Shown piece after piece: positions 36,014 through 47,800 of a DNA stretch of 60,223 nucleotides (its first letter is position 1; each line of letters opens with the position of its first letter). A model generated the notes under the pieces. The model ran no database searches, was not told where the DNA came from, and worked only from the letters and a program-made list of their open reading frames with translations. The translations under genes were made by a program, and so were the position numbers. This stretch comes from a virus (Duplodnaviria > Caudoviricetes): IMG/VR virus record IMGVR_UViG_3300027956_000009, positions 1-60,223 of that record; one strand, written 5' to 3'.

Positions 36014-37426
36014 ATGACAACAAACACAATAGACCCTACGCAGTTCAGCGCCAACCACCCTCTGTCCGTAGCCATGCGGACAACGAGTAGGTATTGGTTC
36101 CTCACCCACAGCAAGCTGATGTCCATGAAGTGGCAGTGGTCGGACGCTGTACCCTACGGTGCAACGGATGGCTCGACGCTACTCCTCAACCGAAGCGGCA
36201 TCGACAAGCTATCCCGCCAACCCAACGGGGCGGGGCTCATCGCCTTCCTGCTAGTGCATGAGGCGTTGCATGCCCTGCTCGGCCACGGATGGCGGCTCGC
36301 CAAGATGAGTGACCACAGAACGGCAAACATCGCAGCTGACTATGTCATCAACGCGATGATCGCCAACCGCAACCGTGAGATAGGCAAGGAGATATTCCCC
36401 TTCATCGACGGCGTGCTGCTTGACGAGGTGCTGTCCGGTGACAACTCAACCGAGCAACTATACAGGATATTGAGTAAGCCAATACAACAAGACCAGACCA
36501 ACCCCAAACCACAACAAGACAATGATACCAACGATGATACCACTAATGGCAATGACGACAATGATGATACGACGGACGACGGCGAGCCTCCTCAAGACGA
36601 TGAAGGTGACGATCAAGACAGTAGCCAAGACGATGAAGGTGACGATACTTCTGGTAGTGGTGGTAGTAATACCGATCCTAGCCTCGACGATAGTGGAGAT
36701 GATCTCTCAGACTTTGTCGGCACTGGCGCACCGGATACGTTCGAGCCGGAACCAGAAGACGGAGAGTCGCAACAGCAAACCATCAACCGACTCGAAGAAG
36801 CGAACGACTCGATCTTCATCGCCGATGAAATAGATCGACGCCAACAGTCTGATGGCAGCACAACTGCCAGCCGTCTGCAAGGGCAGCGCACCAGCTCCTC
36901 GCTGAGCTGGCCTGATCTGCTACGTGAATGGTTGTCTAAGAGATCACGCAATGGATGGGACTCGCCGTTCAACAACGCGATCTTCCAGACGACTGGACTC
37001 ATCGCAGCCGGACGCCGCACCCGCAACGCCGGAGAGATCGTGCTCGTGCTCGACACCTCCGGTTCAATCGGGCAGCGCACCTACGATCGCTTCCTCAGCG
37101 AAGCGCAAGCGGTGCTCGATGACCTCAAGCCAGACAAGGTGCACCTGCTATCCGTGTCCCATGTGGTTGCCGATGCCGTGTCCCTTGAGGCAGGCGACAT
37201 CGTGCCAGCCTCGCTGAAGGGCGGCGGCGGTACGAAGTTCAAGCCAGCCTTCGACTGGGTAGCGGAGCACGCGCAGGATGTGGATGTCATGGTCTATCTA
37301 ACTGATGGCTACTCGACTGACCTCAGCGAGATCACCTACGTGGGCTTCCCCCTGCTCTGGCTGTCAACTGGTGCCCCCACCCATGCCTTTAAAGCAGGAG
37401 AGGTTATCGAGATCACTGATGTATAA
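36014..37426 (+). CDS. DUF2201-type metallopeptidase (HExxH) plus VWA domain protein
   Basis: ATDG, HEALH, NIAADYVIN; Asp-rich linker; MIDAS DTSGS, GGGT, LTDG. Confidence 0.85.
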   Translation: MTTNTIDPTQFSANHPLSVAMRTTSRYWFLTHSKLMSMKWQWSDAVPYGATDGSTLLLNRSGIDKLSRQPNGAGLIAFLLVHEALHALLGHGWRLAKMSDHRTANIAADYVINAMIANRNREIGKEIFPFIDGVLLDEVLSGDNSTEQLYRILSKPIQQDQTNPKPQQDNDTNDDTTNGNDDNDDTTDDGEPPQDDEGDDQDSSQDDEGDDTSGSGGSNTDPSLDDSGDDLSDFVGTGAPDTFEPEPEDGESQQQTINRLEEANDSIFIADEIDRRQQSDGSTTASRLQGQRTSSSLSWPDLLREWLSKRSRNGWDSPFNNAIFQTTGLIAAGRRTRNAGEIVLVLDTSGSIGQRTYDRFLSEAQAVLDDLKPDKVHLLSVSHVVADAVSLEAGDIVPASLKGGGGTKFKPAFDWVAEHAQDVDVMVYLTDGYSTDLSEITYVGFPLLWLSTGAPTHAFKAGEVIEITDV

Positions 37427-37458
37427 TAAAATAAAACAAACAAAACTAAATAAGAAAT

Positions 37459-38073
37459 ATGAGAATGACTAAAGTAGAGTTCAGAAAGAGATACCAGAGA
37501 CCAGAGAAGTGGGTCAAAGGTCAAATTCACGAGTGGAGTCAAAGCATCCTGCACCGCAACCATGCGGAGATCATGCTGTCAGAGATACCTCACCTGTATG
37601 TAGAGTATGAGTCCCAATCCTATGCGTATGTTGTCACAGGATATAAGGTGAAGGTAGTGTGTAGGGTAGGAGACCCGTATGTTATCGCCGCATACTCACC
37701 ACTAGTTGGCGGGTTCATAGGTACTACGTTCCTCTCTCACTATAATGTGAAGGAACCCCTCTATTGTTCGATGACAATGACCCACCTACCCCCTACGCCA
37801 GACCCACTGGACGACGAGACGAGTAAGTTAACACTGATGGCTGACTGCATACCGTCACTATGTGCGATCCTTGCTAGAGACTCCCCACTATACAAGTGGC
37901 AGTTCCGTGACGCTGCGGTAGGCGACGACATGTTACTCAACCTTGTATCCTGCATCCGGCAACAGGAAAAAGAAAAGCGTGACAGACTGATGTATCTGTT
38001 CGATACATACGGGACGCCGAAGGGCATACTCGGTGAAGCACTAACACACATTGACAAGTTCCGTTCAATGTAA
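37459..38073 (+). CDS. Hypothetical protein
   Basis: 204-aa ORF with an A-rich leader. Confidence 0.6.
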   Translation: MRMTKVEFRKRYQRPEKWVKGQIHEWSQSILHRNHAEIMLSEIPHLYVEYESQSYAYVVTGYKVKVVCRVGDPYVIAAYSPLVGGFIGTTFLSHYNVKEPLYCSMTMTHLPPTPDPLDDETSKLTLMADCIPSLCAILARDSPLYKWQFRDAAVGDDMLLNLVSCIRQQEKEKRDRLMYLFDTYGTPKGILGEALTHIDKFRSM

Positions 38074-38104
38074 ACAACCAAACAAACAACCAAACAAACT
38101 AGAT

Positions 38105-38365
38105 ATGAATAACAACAAATTACAAATTGACGTCGGTCGTGGGATTCTCACGATCGAATCCTGTGCCGGACGCGACTCGACTATCGTGACAGCATACATC
38201 AACGGCATCTCCCTTCGGTGCAGCACGCTACATCTGGATAGGGTGCGCGACGCATTCGTGGACTCCGTCGTGAGTGCATGCCGAGTCGATGAAGACGACC
38301 CGAATGGCACGACCAACTACATCGAAGAACAAACCGAAGCGTTCATCGACTCAGCTCTACAATAA
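38105..38365 (+). CDS. Hypothetical protein
   Basis: ATG at 38105 after an aaacaacc-repeat leader. Confidence 0.55.
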   Translation: MNNNKLQIDVGRGILTIESCAGRDSTIVTAYINGISLRCSTLHLDRVRDAFVDSVVSACRVDEDDPNGTTNYIEEQTEAFIDSALQ

Positions 38366-38371
38366 AAACAT

Positions 38372-38587
38372 ATGAAGATAACAAATAAGCACCACAAGAA
38401 CAGTCAGATACACAGCATACCGAACAAGGATACAGGACACGAGCACGAGATCAATCTCAACTGCGCGTGCCAGCCTGAGATCAGCATCGACAACAGTCAC
38501 CTGATGGTCGAGCACAAGCAGGTCGGCAAAGGCGACAAGCTATGGCGTGTCCGGTTAGCTAACTTCGGAACCAAACTCAAACTGTAA
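38372..38587 (+). CDS. Small His/Cys-containing protein
   Basis: H..P..D..HEH....CxC.P...VEH pattern suggests metal binding. Confidence 0.5.
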   Translation: MKITNKHHKNSQIHSIPNKDTGHEHEINLNCACQPEISIDNSHLMVEHKQVGKGDKLWRVRLANFGTKLKL

Positions 38588-38591
38588 TCAT

Positions 38592-38759
38592 ATGGAACTA
38601 ATAAACAAAAAGAACGGTATGACCACACACCTTGAGTTCGCAGAGAAGAGCCAACTACTGCGTTGGTTTCACGAACGCAGCCTCAAAGAATTGAAAGCCA
38701 TGAAGAAAGGATTGCTCGCAATCCAAGCCGCTAAGGAAGGGAGGAAAGGATGCAAGTAA
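38592..38759 (+). CDS. Small basic protein (55 aa)
   Basis: Manual translation MELINKKNGMTTHLEFAEKSQLLRWF... Confidence 0.45.
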   Translation: MELINKKNGMTTHLEFAEKSQLLRWFHERSLKELKAMKKGLLAIQAAKEGRKGCK

Positions 38760-38831
38760 TCTGCTTCCTCTTCTTAGGCGGATGGTTCCTATGGTCCGCA
38801 ATATGTTTCTTCTGGCAGTTGTATGTAGTGC

Positions 38832-41800
38832 TTACTGAAGGAAGTTAGTGTTGTAGCCATCGGCCTTCTTGGACATGACCCTGTTGATTTCGCTGGCGAT
38901 CTCATCAGGGTTCTGTTCACCGACCCGTACCTTGTTATCATACATCTTACGGAACCACTGTTCGTTCGGCCCCCAAGGGATGTTATCTCCGGCAAGGGCA
39001 GCACCAAAGCGTTGCTTACTGAACTTCATCTGTTGTGCAGTAGCCGCGAGCGACGCCTCCGTAGAACCGATGGACTGCATGCCCATCAGGAAGTCATGCA
39101 ACTTCTGTTGGTTCTTGTTGGACGCCGACTGGTGGTCATCCATAATTCCCTCGACCTCACTCGGATCGAGAGCCCTGCCGGAAGACAGTGGGTAGAGGAG
39201 TGACACCACGGCGTCAGCCGACTCTTTCAAGTTCCGCATACCACGGTACTCGATGTCGGTTACCTTGTGGATTATCGGCCTCACACCTGTGAGCTCACCG
39301 ACGATCATCTCCTTGGCGTTCTGTTCGCCATACCTTCCGATCTTCATGGCTTTGTCAACTACGGACGGCACTACCGTACCCTTACCTAAGTGCATTAGCA
39401 TCTTGAAGGAAGCACCCAACGCGCCATCAGTATCCAGATAGATCGGTTGGTCGAAGTCGTCACGGTTCTGTGCGAGTTCGAATACAGTGCTGGCTGCGAT
39501 CTGGGTTCCGATCATCTCGGAGGTGATGTAGTCAGCGATGCCCTTGATGTTACCGCGAGAAGCTAGACCGACTATGTCAGTGATTGGGCTATACGGTAGG
39601 ATGTTGGACATGTCAATAACCTGCACGCTGCCGTCTTGCAACATCTGTGCGAAGATGCCGTGGTTGCGCTGCCAAACTGGCAGACCTTGACGAAGCGCGT
39701 CGAGCTCTTCGTCGGTGAGCTTACGCACGCCACCGCGTTCGTCATCTTCGTCATCAGTCAGGAGGCTAAACAGTGTGGCGAATATCGCACCGTAGGCAGC
39801 ACTGCCGCCTGCCATAGTGGTAGTGGAACCAATCAGGCGTTTGATACCACGATTACGCATGGTCGGGTTGCCTGATTTGATTTCCTCAACAGCAAGCGGG
39901 ATGGTGTTAAACATCGTACGGAGCACCTCGGTCTTCCACCGGACGAACGGAAGGGCGACCATCGAGAACGGCGATTTGTTAAACGCCTTTGCAAGACTAA
40001 GCTGCTCCGAGTGTGTTGGGAACGTCAGCTTAACTTTGCGTGCGGCTTCGACCTCCAGTTTGGACTCAGTCTCCGTGTCGCCGAATGCTCCTTTCAACAC
40101 ACTCAACTCGTAGAAGTAGGCGTTAAGTTTAAACGCGCTGTCGATTACGTTGTTGAGTGAGGCGAGGAACTCGACGGTAGAACCGCCAGCTTGTTTCGTG
40201 GCTTCCCATGTCCCTTTGAGTTTGAACTTCTTGATGATCTTCTCAATGTTGCCACTGCCTTGTGCCTCGACGATGTCGTTGAGCAGCTCTTCGAGTTGCT
40301 GATCTGTAGAGTTGACAAAGCCATTAAGCATGTCCATTGCGATGCGACCCCTCGTCTCGTCCTTCAGCACCTGCAATTCAACAAGCCTACGAATCTGATT
40401 ACGGGACTCCTCCGACTCAGCCTTAATCTTACCGTTGAGTGACATGTTAGCGATGATCGACAAGCGAAACGCATCTTTCAGGTAGACCGGATTAACGATA
40501 CCTTGTGAGGTGGTCAGGGCGATGCCGCCCAATACGTTACGGGGGTAGAAACCAACGGAGCCTAATGTCTTCGCGGTAATTGAGAGGCCGGAGAACTTAG
40601 CTATGAAGCGACCGAACAAATTGATCTGCTCCATTGCCTTGGACTGCTGCTTCATTCCGTTCATACCCAACTCCTCGCGGATGGTGGCGGCGATGTCCTT
40701 CCTTACGTATAGTCCGGCAAGGTCTCCGAGCTGTGCCGATTGAGTCGGTGGGAAGAGGAGCTCCATGTCCGGCTGGCGTGTCCGGCTGGCTACTCCGATC
40801 TCGATTGCCTGCCTTGCGAAGTTGCGTAGGAACCTCTCGTTGGCTGCAAGTCTGCCGACGTTATACACGGTGCGGACTGCGTTCTCAAACGGGTCAGTGA
40901 CTTCGCCTAATAGGATACGCAGCGGGGCGTCGAAGTCCTTCTTGTTCAGCAGGCGGTTCACATCCTTGCGGATGGTGTTCATCGCGCCTAACTCTTTGGC
41001 GTCAGCGGCTTGGAGTTCGAGGTTCTCAAGATACTTGTCGAGATACTCAACCAGTTTCTTATCGTGTTGTTCCGCAGTGAATGTTTGACCAGTCTGCTTC
41101 GCCTCGTTGTTTACCTCCCACTCAAAGTGTTTAGCAGCGGCAGCGCGGAGCTTGTTGAAGTCTACCTCTTTGCCGTCGAGCATTGCAATACCGCCAGTCT
41201 TGGCGAAGCTGGCCCAACCTTCCGAACCGAAGAACCTGAATGTTCTGGTGAGGTATACGTCGTTGGACTCGTCGAAGTTGATGACTGCCTTATACTTATT
41301 GATCTCACCCCTGAACTCAACGAGGTAGTCAACGAGGTCTCCAAAGCCAGCGCTCTTGAGTTTAGTTTCCATTGCCTTCTGCTCTTTACGGAATGCCGCA
41401 AAGAACTTGTCAGCTTCTGGCTGTGTCAACTTAGCCTCGTAGTCGTCGGCCTTACGCTCAAGGTCAGGGTCGGTTGCGTTATTCGTCTTGAACTCGCGAA
41501 CCTTCCTTTGGATCTCTTTGCGTGCTTCACCTTGTACAACAGGAGCAGTAGTTCCGAGGATCATACCGATGTCCTCGATGCTCGCGCCACCAGCAAGGGC
41601 TGCGTCGCGCATCTTCGGGAAGCGACGATCGAAGTCCTGAATCGTATACTCAATTTGTGAGATAGTGCCATCCCTCAAGTTCAGGAACTTGCGGAGTTCC
41701 ATCGGCAGATTGTACATCTTATCCTGTACCGTCTTCCAGAACCCGCTCACGGCAGCCTTGCTGTTACCGGTACCGGATACAGGGAGCATGAAGTATGTGC

Positions 41801-44800
41801 GGTCTTCCTGTCCTTCAGCGATGTCGCCGTTGATGGCGTTGAGGAAGGCAGTGGAATCACCATACTCGTTAGCTGCGGACGGCTCCGGTGTAGGGAGCAC
41901 GCCGCCGTTACGCAGTTTGCGGAACGAACGGGATGCTTGCGAGATGCGGGCGGCAGTGCCAGCGGTAGGCTCAGACTTAAACTGTTGCTTGAGTTTGTTG
42001 ATAAACGCTCTGAGTCCTTCAAGGAATCGCTCAAGCAGTGTCGGGTTCGTGTAGAAGAATGCGATGTCTGCTTCCCTCGTGCGGCCTGTAGCCAGACGAG
42101 TGATCTCCATACGCACCCATTCGGCGGCGGCGTCGATGTCTCCTGTCACACCTGCCTCACGATCGGCGGCAATGCGAGCCGCACGTTCGGTGGCGTCAGG
42201 CACTGAGTTAGAGTAGATCATATCAAGGATCTCGTTCACCTTATCAGAACCGAGCTCCGCTGCGATAGCGGCGAAGTCGTCGGTTGTAAACACGGAGAAC
42301 GATGCAAGGTGGGCGAGCTCTTCGTCCACTGCCGTACGCACTACCGCCCTAGCGTTAGCTGCCGACAGACCAGCTGCCATTGTCGCTACCAGATTCTCGT
42401 TGACGAGTATCGTATTAGGCTTAGTTGCATTAGCACCCATCGCACCGACCATCGTGTTGTTGATCTCAATGTTGATACCTTCGGGCATGATACGGCGGAT
42501 CTCACCGAGCACGTCGATTGCTGTGTCGCCTCCGAGTTCGGCGGTGCGGGTGTAGCGGATGTCATCAGATGTAGAACGGAACCGCTGTGAGAGCGGGATC
42601 ACGTTGCCGTCTGCGTCGTAGGTTATGGGGTCTGCTGATTTGATTTGGTTGGAGCGAAGAACGGTGAATACCCCACTGCTATCGAAGACCATGCCGTCTC
42701 TTCCAGTCAGCAGCCAGATAGTATTGAGTGTGGTTTCCCGCCCAAAATCCCCCCGTATAGCATTGTATATTGTGCGAATACCAGCCTGTGATTGGTTATT
42801 CAAAGATGAAAAGTTTGGGCTTCCTATAAACGACCGCAGGTGGTCCTGAAAATAAGCTGGATTAGAAAGCAGGTTGGGAGTGCCGCCTCCAGTTGTCGTT
42901 TCAAAACTGCTTAACATAGCCGCCCGTTCTGATGCCGAAAGTTTTGCGTTTCGAGCAATCCCTTCAAGTGTAGCTTTAAAGACTGCCTTGTTGTTAGCAG
43001 GCGAGCTAGGGTATTCAACATCAGTGATAAGCGGATTAGGCTGCCGCAGAAAAACTTGGTAGTTCTTACCGCCACTCTTATCCGCGTAGCCTTGAGCTAA
43101 CTCTTTATCGGTCGTAAAGTAAAATCCAACGCCTGCCTCTTGCGATTTAATTTTCGCAGGGTCAAATTGTGTGAGATTCAATTCACTTGAACCGTGATAA
43201 GCTCTCGTGGTGTATCCAGCCGCCTTCGCAGCTTCGTCCACCATCCGCTGTGCTGTCTCCATGTCGCCCGCTTCGACAGCGGCGAGGTAAGCGGCGTCAG
43301 CAGCGGAACCCTCTGCAAAGAAGATGTTGCCTTCACCGCCCTCGCTGTATCTGCTAATCACATTGTTGATTATCTCAGCAGATACCAGATCGGAGTAAGC
43401 CTGTGCGCGTTCGTTTCTACTGGCGACAGTTCCGACCAACGCTTTAAATCTGTTATCGACGCTGAACGTACCGCTATGTGACAGCGACATCTTGGTGAAG
43501 TCGAGTAGTTCTTGGATCGCATCAGCGGCAACTTCGTGCTTCTTAGGATCAAGACCAAAGACGTTAAGGATAGCGTCAACGAGACGGCGCAGGATCGAGC
43601 GTTGGTCGAGCGGTGCAAGACCAGCAAGAATGTTCTGGAACTCCGGCGCAGTGAGTGCGTAGGTCAGGAACTCAGCATTGCTGGACAAGCCGAGCCTTAC
43701 GGCCGGATCTGTGTCCAACCCAAGTTTGACTGCGTTAGCGAGGGCGAAGTTACGGATCGCTTCGATGCGTGCCACTGCCTTCCGTTGGGAATCGGTCTTA
43801 GGGTTGAGTAAGACCTTAGCTGTCGGTGCGTGGAGGTATTCGTGCAGGAGTACGTCCACTAAACCACGACCGTTGTGTTCGTTTAGGTTGACCAGAACCG
43901 AGTTGCTTGTCCGGTCGTACAGACCAGCGAAGCCCAAGTCCAACTCGACCATGACGAAGTTGATGTTCCTAATGAAGTCCGGCGCGGTCAGTAGCAGTTC
44001 GGCAATCAGTTGCTGCCTTGGCGTGCCAGTCTCCGTGATTTTGCGGAGGGCTCCAAGAACAGAGTTGGGGTCACCGGATACCAGACCGAGCTGGCTAACA
44101 ACGCGCAGGTTCTCTGCCTTTGCTTCGTCGCGGAGGGACGGGTCGATCTGTGACAACGAGAAGTTGTAGTTCGGATTGGGGCGCAGCTTGCCGAGTATCT
44201 TGACCTTACCACCGACTTCTCTGGTTGGGAGGTTTCCACTATCCGGTTCTTCGGTGCCTGCTATCTGTGCAGCTGCTTCGGAGAACGCTTTCGCTGTGGA
44301 CTGCTTGCGCTCAGCAGCTGAGAGATTCTCCTCGCTAAACGTTGCGACTGGTGTGTTGCTTGGGCGACCAACTGGACGAGCATTTGGATCTGTAACCTGA
44401 CCCTCAGAAGGTTCAAATCGGTTCTTTTTAACAACATCAACTGGATCGGTATACTTGGTAAGTAGACCGGACTTCGGTAGGTTGACGCCGTTTTTAATCA
44501 GCGCTTTATCTAGGTTTTCTTTTCGTCTCCGCACTTCTCCATCAAACTTGTTACGGAGATCCACGCTTGCCTCGATCTCATCGAGCCTACGCCTCATGGC
44601 CTCAGATGTATCTCTTCTGCTGCGTAGAATAGTGGGGGAGCCAGCAATGATCTCAACGTATTGCTTCCACTCCGGAAGTTTGAGGACACGCTCAATCCGC
44701 CGACTCTCCTCTTCAACACGTTTTCTAGCGGACTCAGAGAGCCCAGACAAGAACTCTCGGTTGTCCTTTATTTGAGCGTAAGCTGCTTCGATATCGTTGA

Positions 44801-47800
44801 TTAGTTTGTTGACTAGAATAGGTCCACTTAGTTCTCTTGCGGCCTTAGCCTTCTCAAGTTGTTTCTGCTTGGTGGCGATCGAAGCATCCAAATCAGCGAG
44901 GGTCTCGTCACCTCTGTAGTAGATGTCCGCATACGTTTTTTGTAGTCCCGCCAGTTCTTCTTTAAGCGCGGTCCTTTCCTTTTTAGACTTCGCCTGTTTT
45001 AGTAGAGCGGGTATTATCTCAACAGCTTTGCTCGACACGTCTCGCACAACGCGACCGTCAGCGATATCCACAATTCTCGCTCGAACATCGCTAATTCCGT
45101 TTATGAGATCCTCAGTTCCGCTGCGTGTATCCTGTAGCTTCTGGATTTCCGCCTCGATGTCACTAACGTTTTTGTCTTGGAACGCAGCAACGCTCTCGAC
45201 CGTAACTCCGACGCGACCAGCTTCGAGACCTTCAGCGATCTGCCTTTTAGTTTTGAGTCTGACTGGACCCATATCTTCGGCGTCCGTCTTCCCAATAAGC
45301 GTCCTTAGTAAACGGAACGAATCAAAAATATCTGCGCGAGCTTCTTCGATTGTGTTGAGTGCGATCCTTCGCTCACTGCCGAGCTTTAACAAATATGGCA
45401 GAGCTGCCTGAGCTGCCTCTAAATAGTTATTGGCGTAATCAATAGTATCTTGATCTGTCGCTTCCGCTTGACGAACGGCTTTGCCTGCCGCAATGGCTTT
45501 GTCCGGCGGCGTGGTTGCTTTCGCCGCAGGTGTTGCAGATTTCCGTTCAGCTGGTGCTCGTAGCGGTAGCGACATTGTAGGTGGCAACCAACCAAGGGCA
45601 ATCAGCAGACCAGCGGCCTGCTTACCTAAATCCGTTCCTGACAATGTGGATAGCACAACGCGAGCGTATCTTTTATTGGTGTGGAGAACATAATCAGTGC
45701 CAAGTTTACCAGCTAGTGTTTGGACAAGCACAGCATCAGACAAGTTGTCTGCCTGATATGGTGGTATTATTTCGGTCTGTACCGCGAGATCCCTGAAGAC
45801 TTGGGCTAGTTTACCAGTTTTGTCCTCTGCGATGGTGCGGTATAGCTCGCTCGCCAACAAAGCCGAACGGTTCATAAAGACAAGGTCAGGCGATTCCAGT
45901 GCGCTGGCATACGAATTACCTGTAAGTAGCATATCATACATTCCTGCGTCTGATCCACTCTCTTGTCTCCGCCTATCCATCTCATCTTGCAGCGCTTGAA
46001 CTCTGTCCGCGCCCTCCGGTCCGATTATCTCCTCTAAGAAGAACCCATCTCCATCTCGCTTAACGTAATCTAATGGTGTGAGTCCGTTGTTGGGGTCAGC
46101 TCGTTCGGCTTTCGCATTTCTATTTGCTACTACGTTAAGAGTCGAGGTCCCCACAACTGTCAAATTAGCCGGACGTTTTAAGTATGTATTCGGATCTGGT
46201 AGTGTGTAGAACCTGCCGCCAGCAACAGTAGCATTAACATAAAGCAATTTGGCGTATTGGATAATAACCGAATTGGGATCTTCGCCCTTGATGTTCTTGT
46301 ATATCTTTTTGATGTTGGCAGCTATTGAGTTAACATCGCCATCTACCATCTCGGTTACGAACTTAACAAGATCCGCTTGTTTAAGTTTATCTGTAATAGC
46401 TTCGTCCCTGACTTCCTGTGGGAGATCAGAAAACTCTATCGTATTACCTTCTTCGTCAATGTACCTAGATACTAACTCCTGCCCAATCCTAATCTTATCC
46501 TGAAATTCCAGAGACTTAAGGGCTTTTCGAACTACGTTTTGAGCCAAACGATATTCATTTAACTCGGCAGCAAACCCTCGGCTAAGATCCGTTATCGTGT
46601 TGTCGATATAAGTATCTGACCAAGGGAATCTTGAATCACTATTTCTTTTCGACGCGAGGAGGTTGCGGGTAATTTTATAGAGATTCAATAATGAGGTAGC
46701 GAAGTAAGATCCCATATCCCCCTTGATCTCAGACGTGCTCACCATGTTGTTTACAAACAACTCAATGCGTGCGCTCTCAAAGTTCGACCTATCGTCTAAT
46801 ATCTGCTCGCCGTTCTCATCAATCCTAGGATTCGATACGCGACCGAAACTACCTATGGTAAATGGTTCCGGATTGCGGGGTATATAATATCCTTCGATAA
46901 TACGCCCGTCCCGTGTATACTGAGACGGGTTCAACAGATCTCTATCAAACGTATCAGGTATGATTACACGATAACCCTCTGCGATCTGCGCTTTAGTTAT
47001 TTTAGGGTTGTTTGTAAATACACCAAACAGGCCGTCTTTATCCACCGGAAAGTAGATACTTTTGTCCGTTTTACTGTTACGAACTTCGTATTTTTCTCCG
47101 TCAATTTCGTAATATCTTTCGTCTTTTATTCTGACTTTGACGTCTTTCAACTGTTGCACTAACGCTTCGCGTTTGGCAATAAAGCCGGAGGGTACTTTTC
47201 TACCGAGTAGTGCATCTCTCTCAATAGCGCTATCCATCCGATTGATCTCTACCTCAATAGAGTCGAGCATAGCGTCATCCTCACCAATGGTTCCTTTGGT
47301 TCTGGATCTACCAGTAATGGTAACCAGCTCGCCAAATTGCGGGTATTTAGATAGAACTCTCTCGCTAAGCAGTTCGTGCTTGTCCTTGATATAAGCGTTG
47401 GTGTTAGCTACCTCTTGGCCTTCTTGCTCGACTACCTCAACTTGAGATTGCGAGAACGCTGGGAATTTATTCACACCAGACTCAGTAACAAACAGACCAG
47501 CTAGAGCTAAGGTCTTTCCAGTTTCTGGCAAGTTGACAATGAACCCGCCTTCGACCAGCTCATTAAGCATGTCTTCCTCTTGCGTGCCATTTCGGAACTG
47601 TTCTTTAGCATATTCTACTCTAGTAACCTTTATGTCCGGTGTTGGATTAAAGGCTTTGACTCTAGCTCTAGGAGCTACTTCTTCTCTAAAACCCCCTACA
47701 CCAAAAAGCGAGAGGCGGGCTTGAGTGACCATCGCCTGATTTTGTTCATCACTTAGGTCTTTATAGGAATCAAAATCAGACTGTAATACAGAACCAACAC

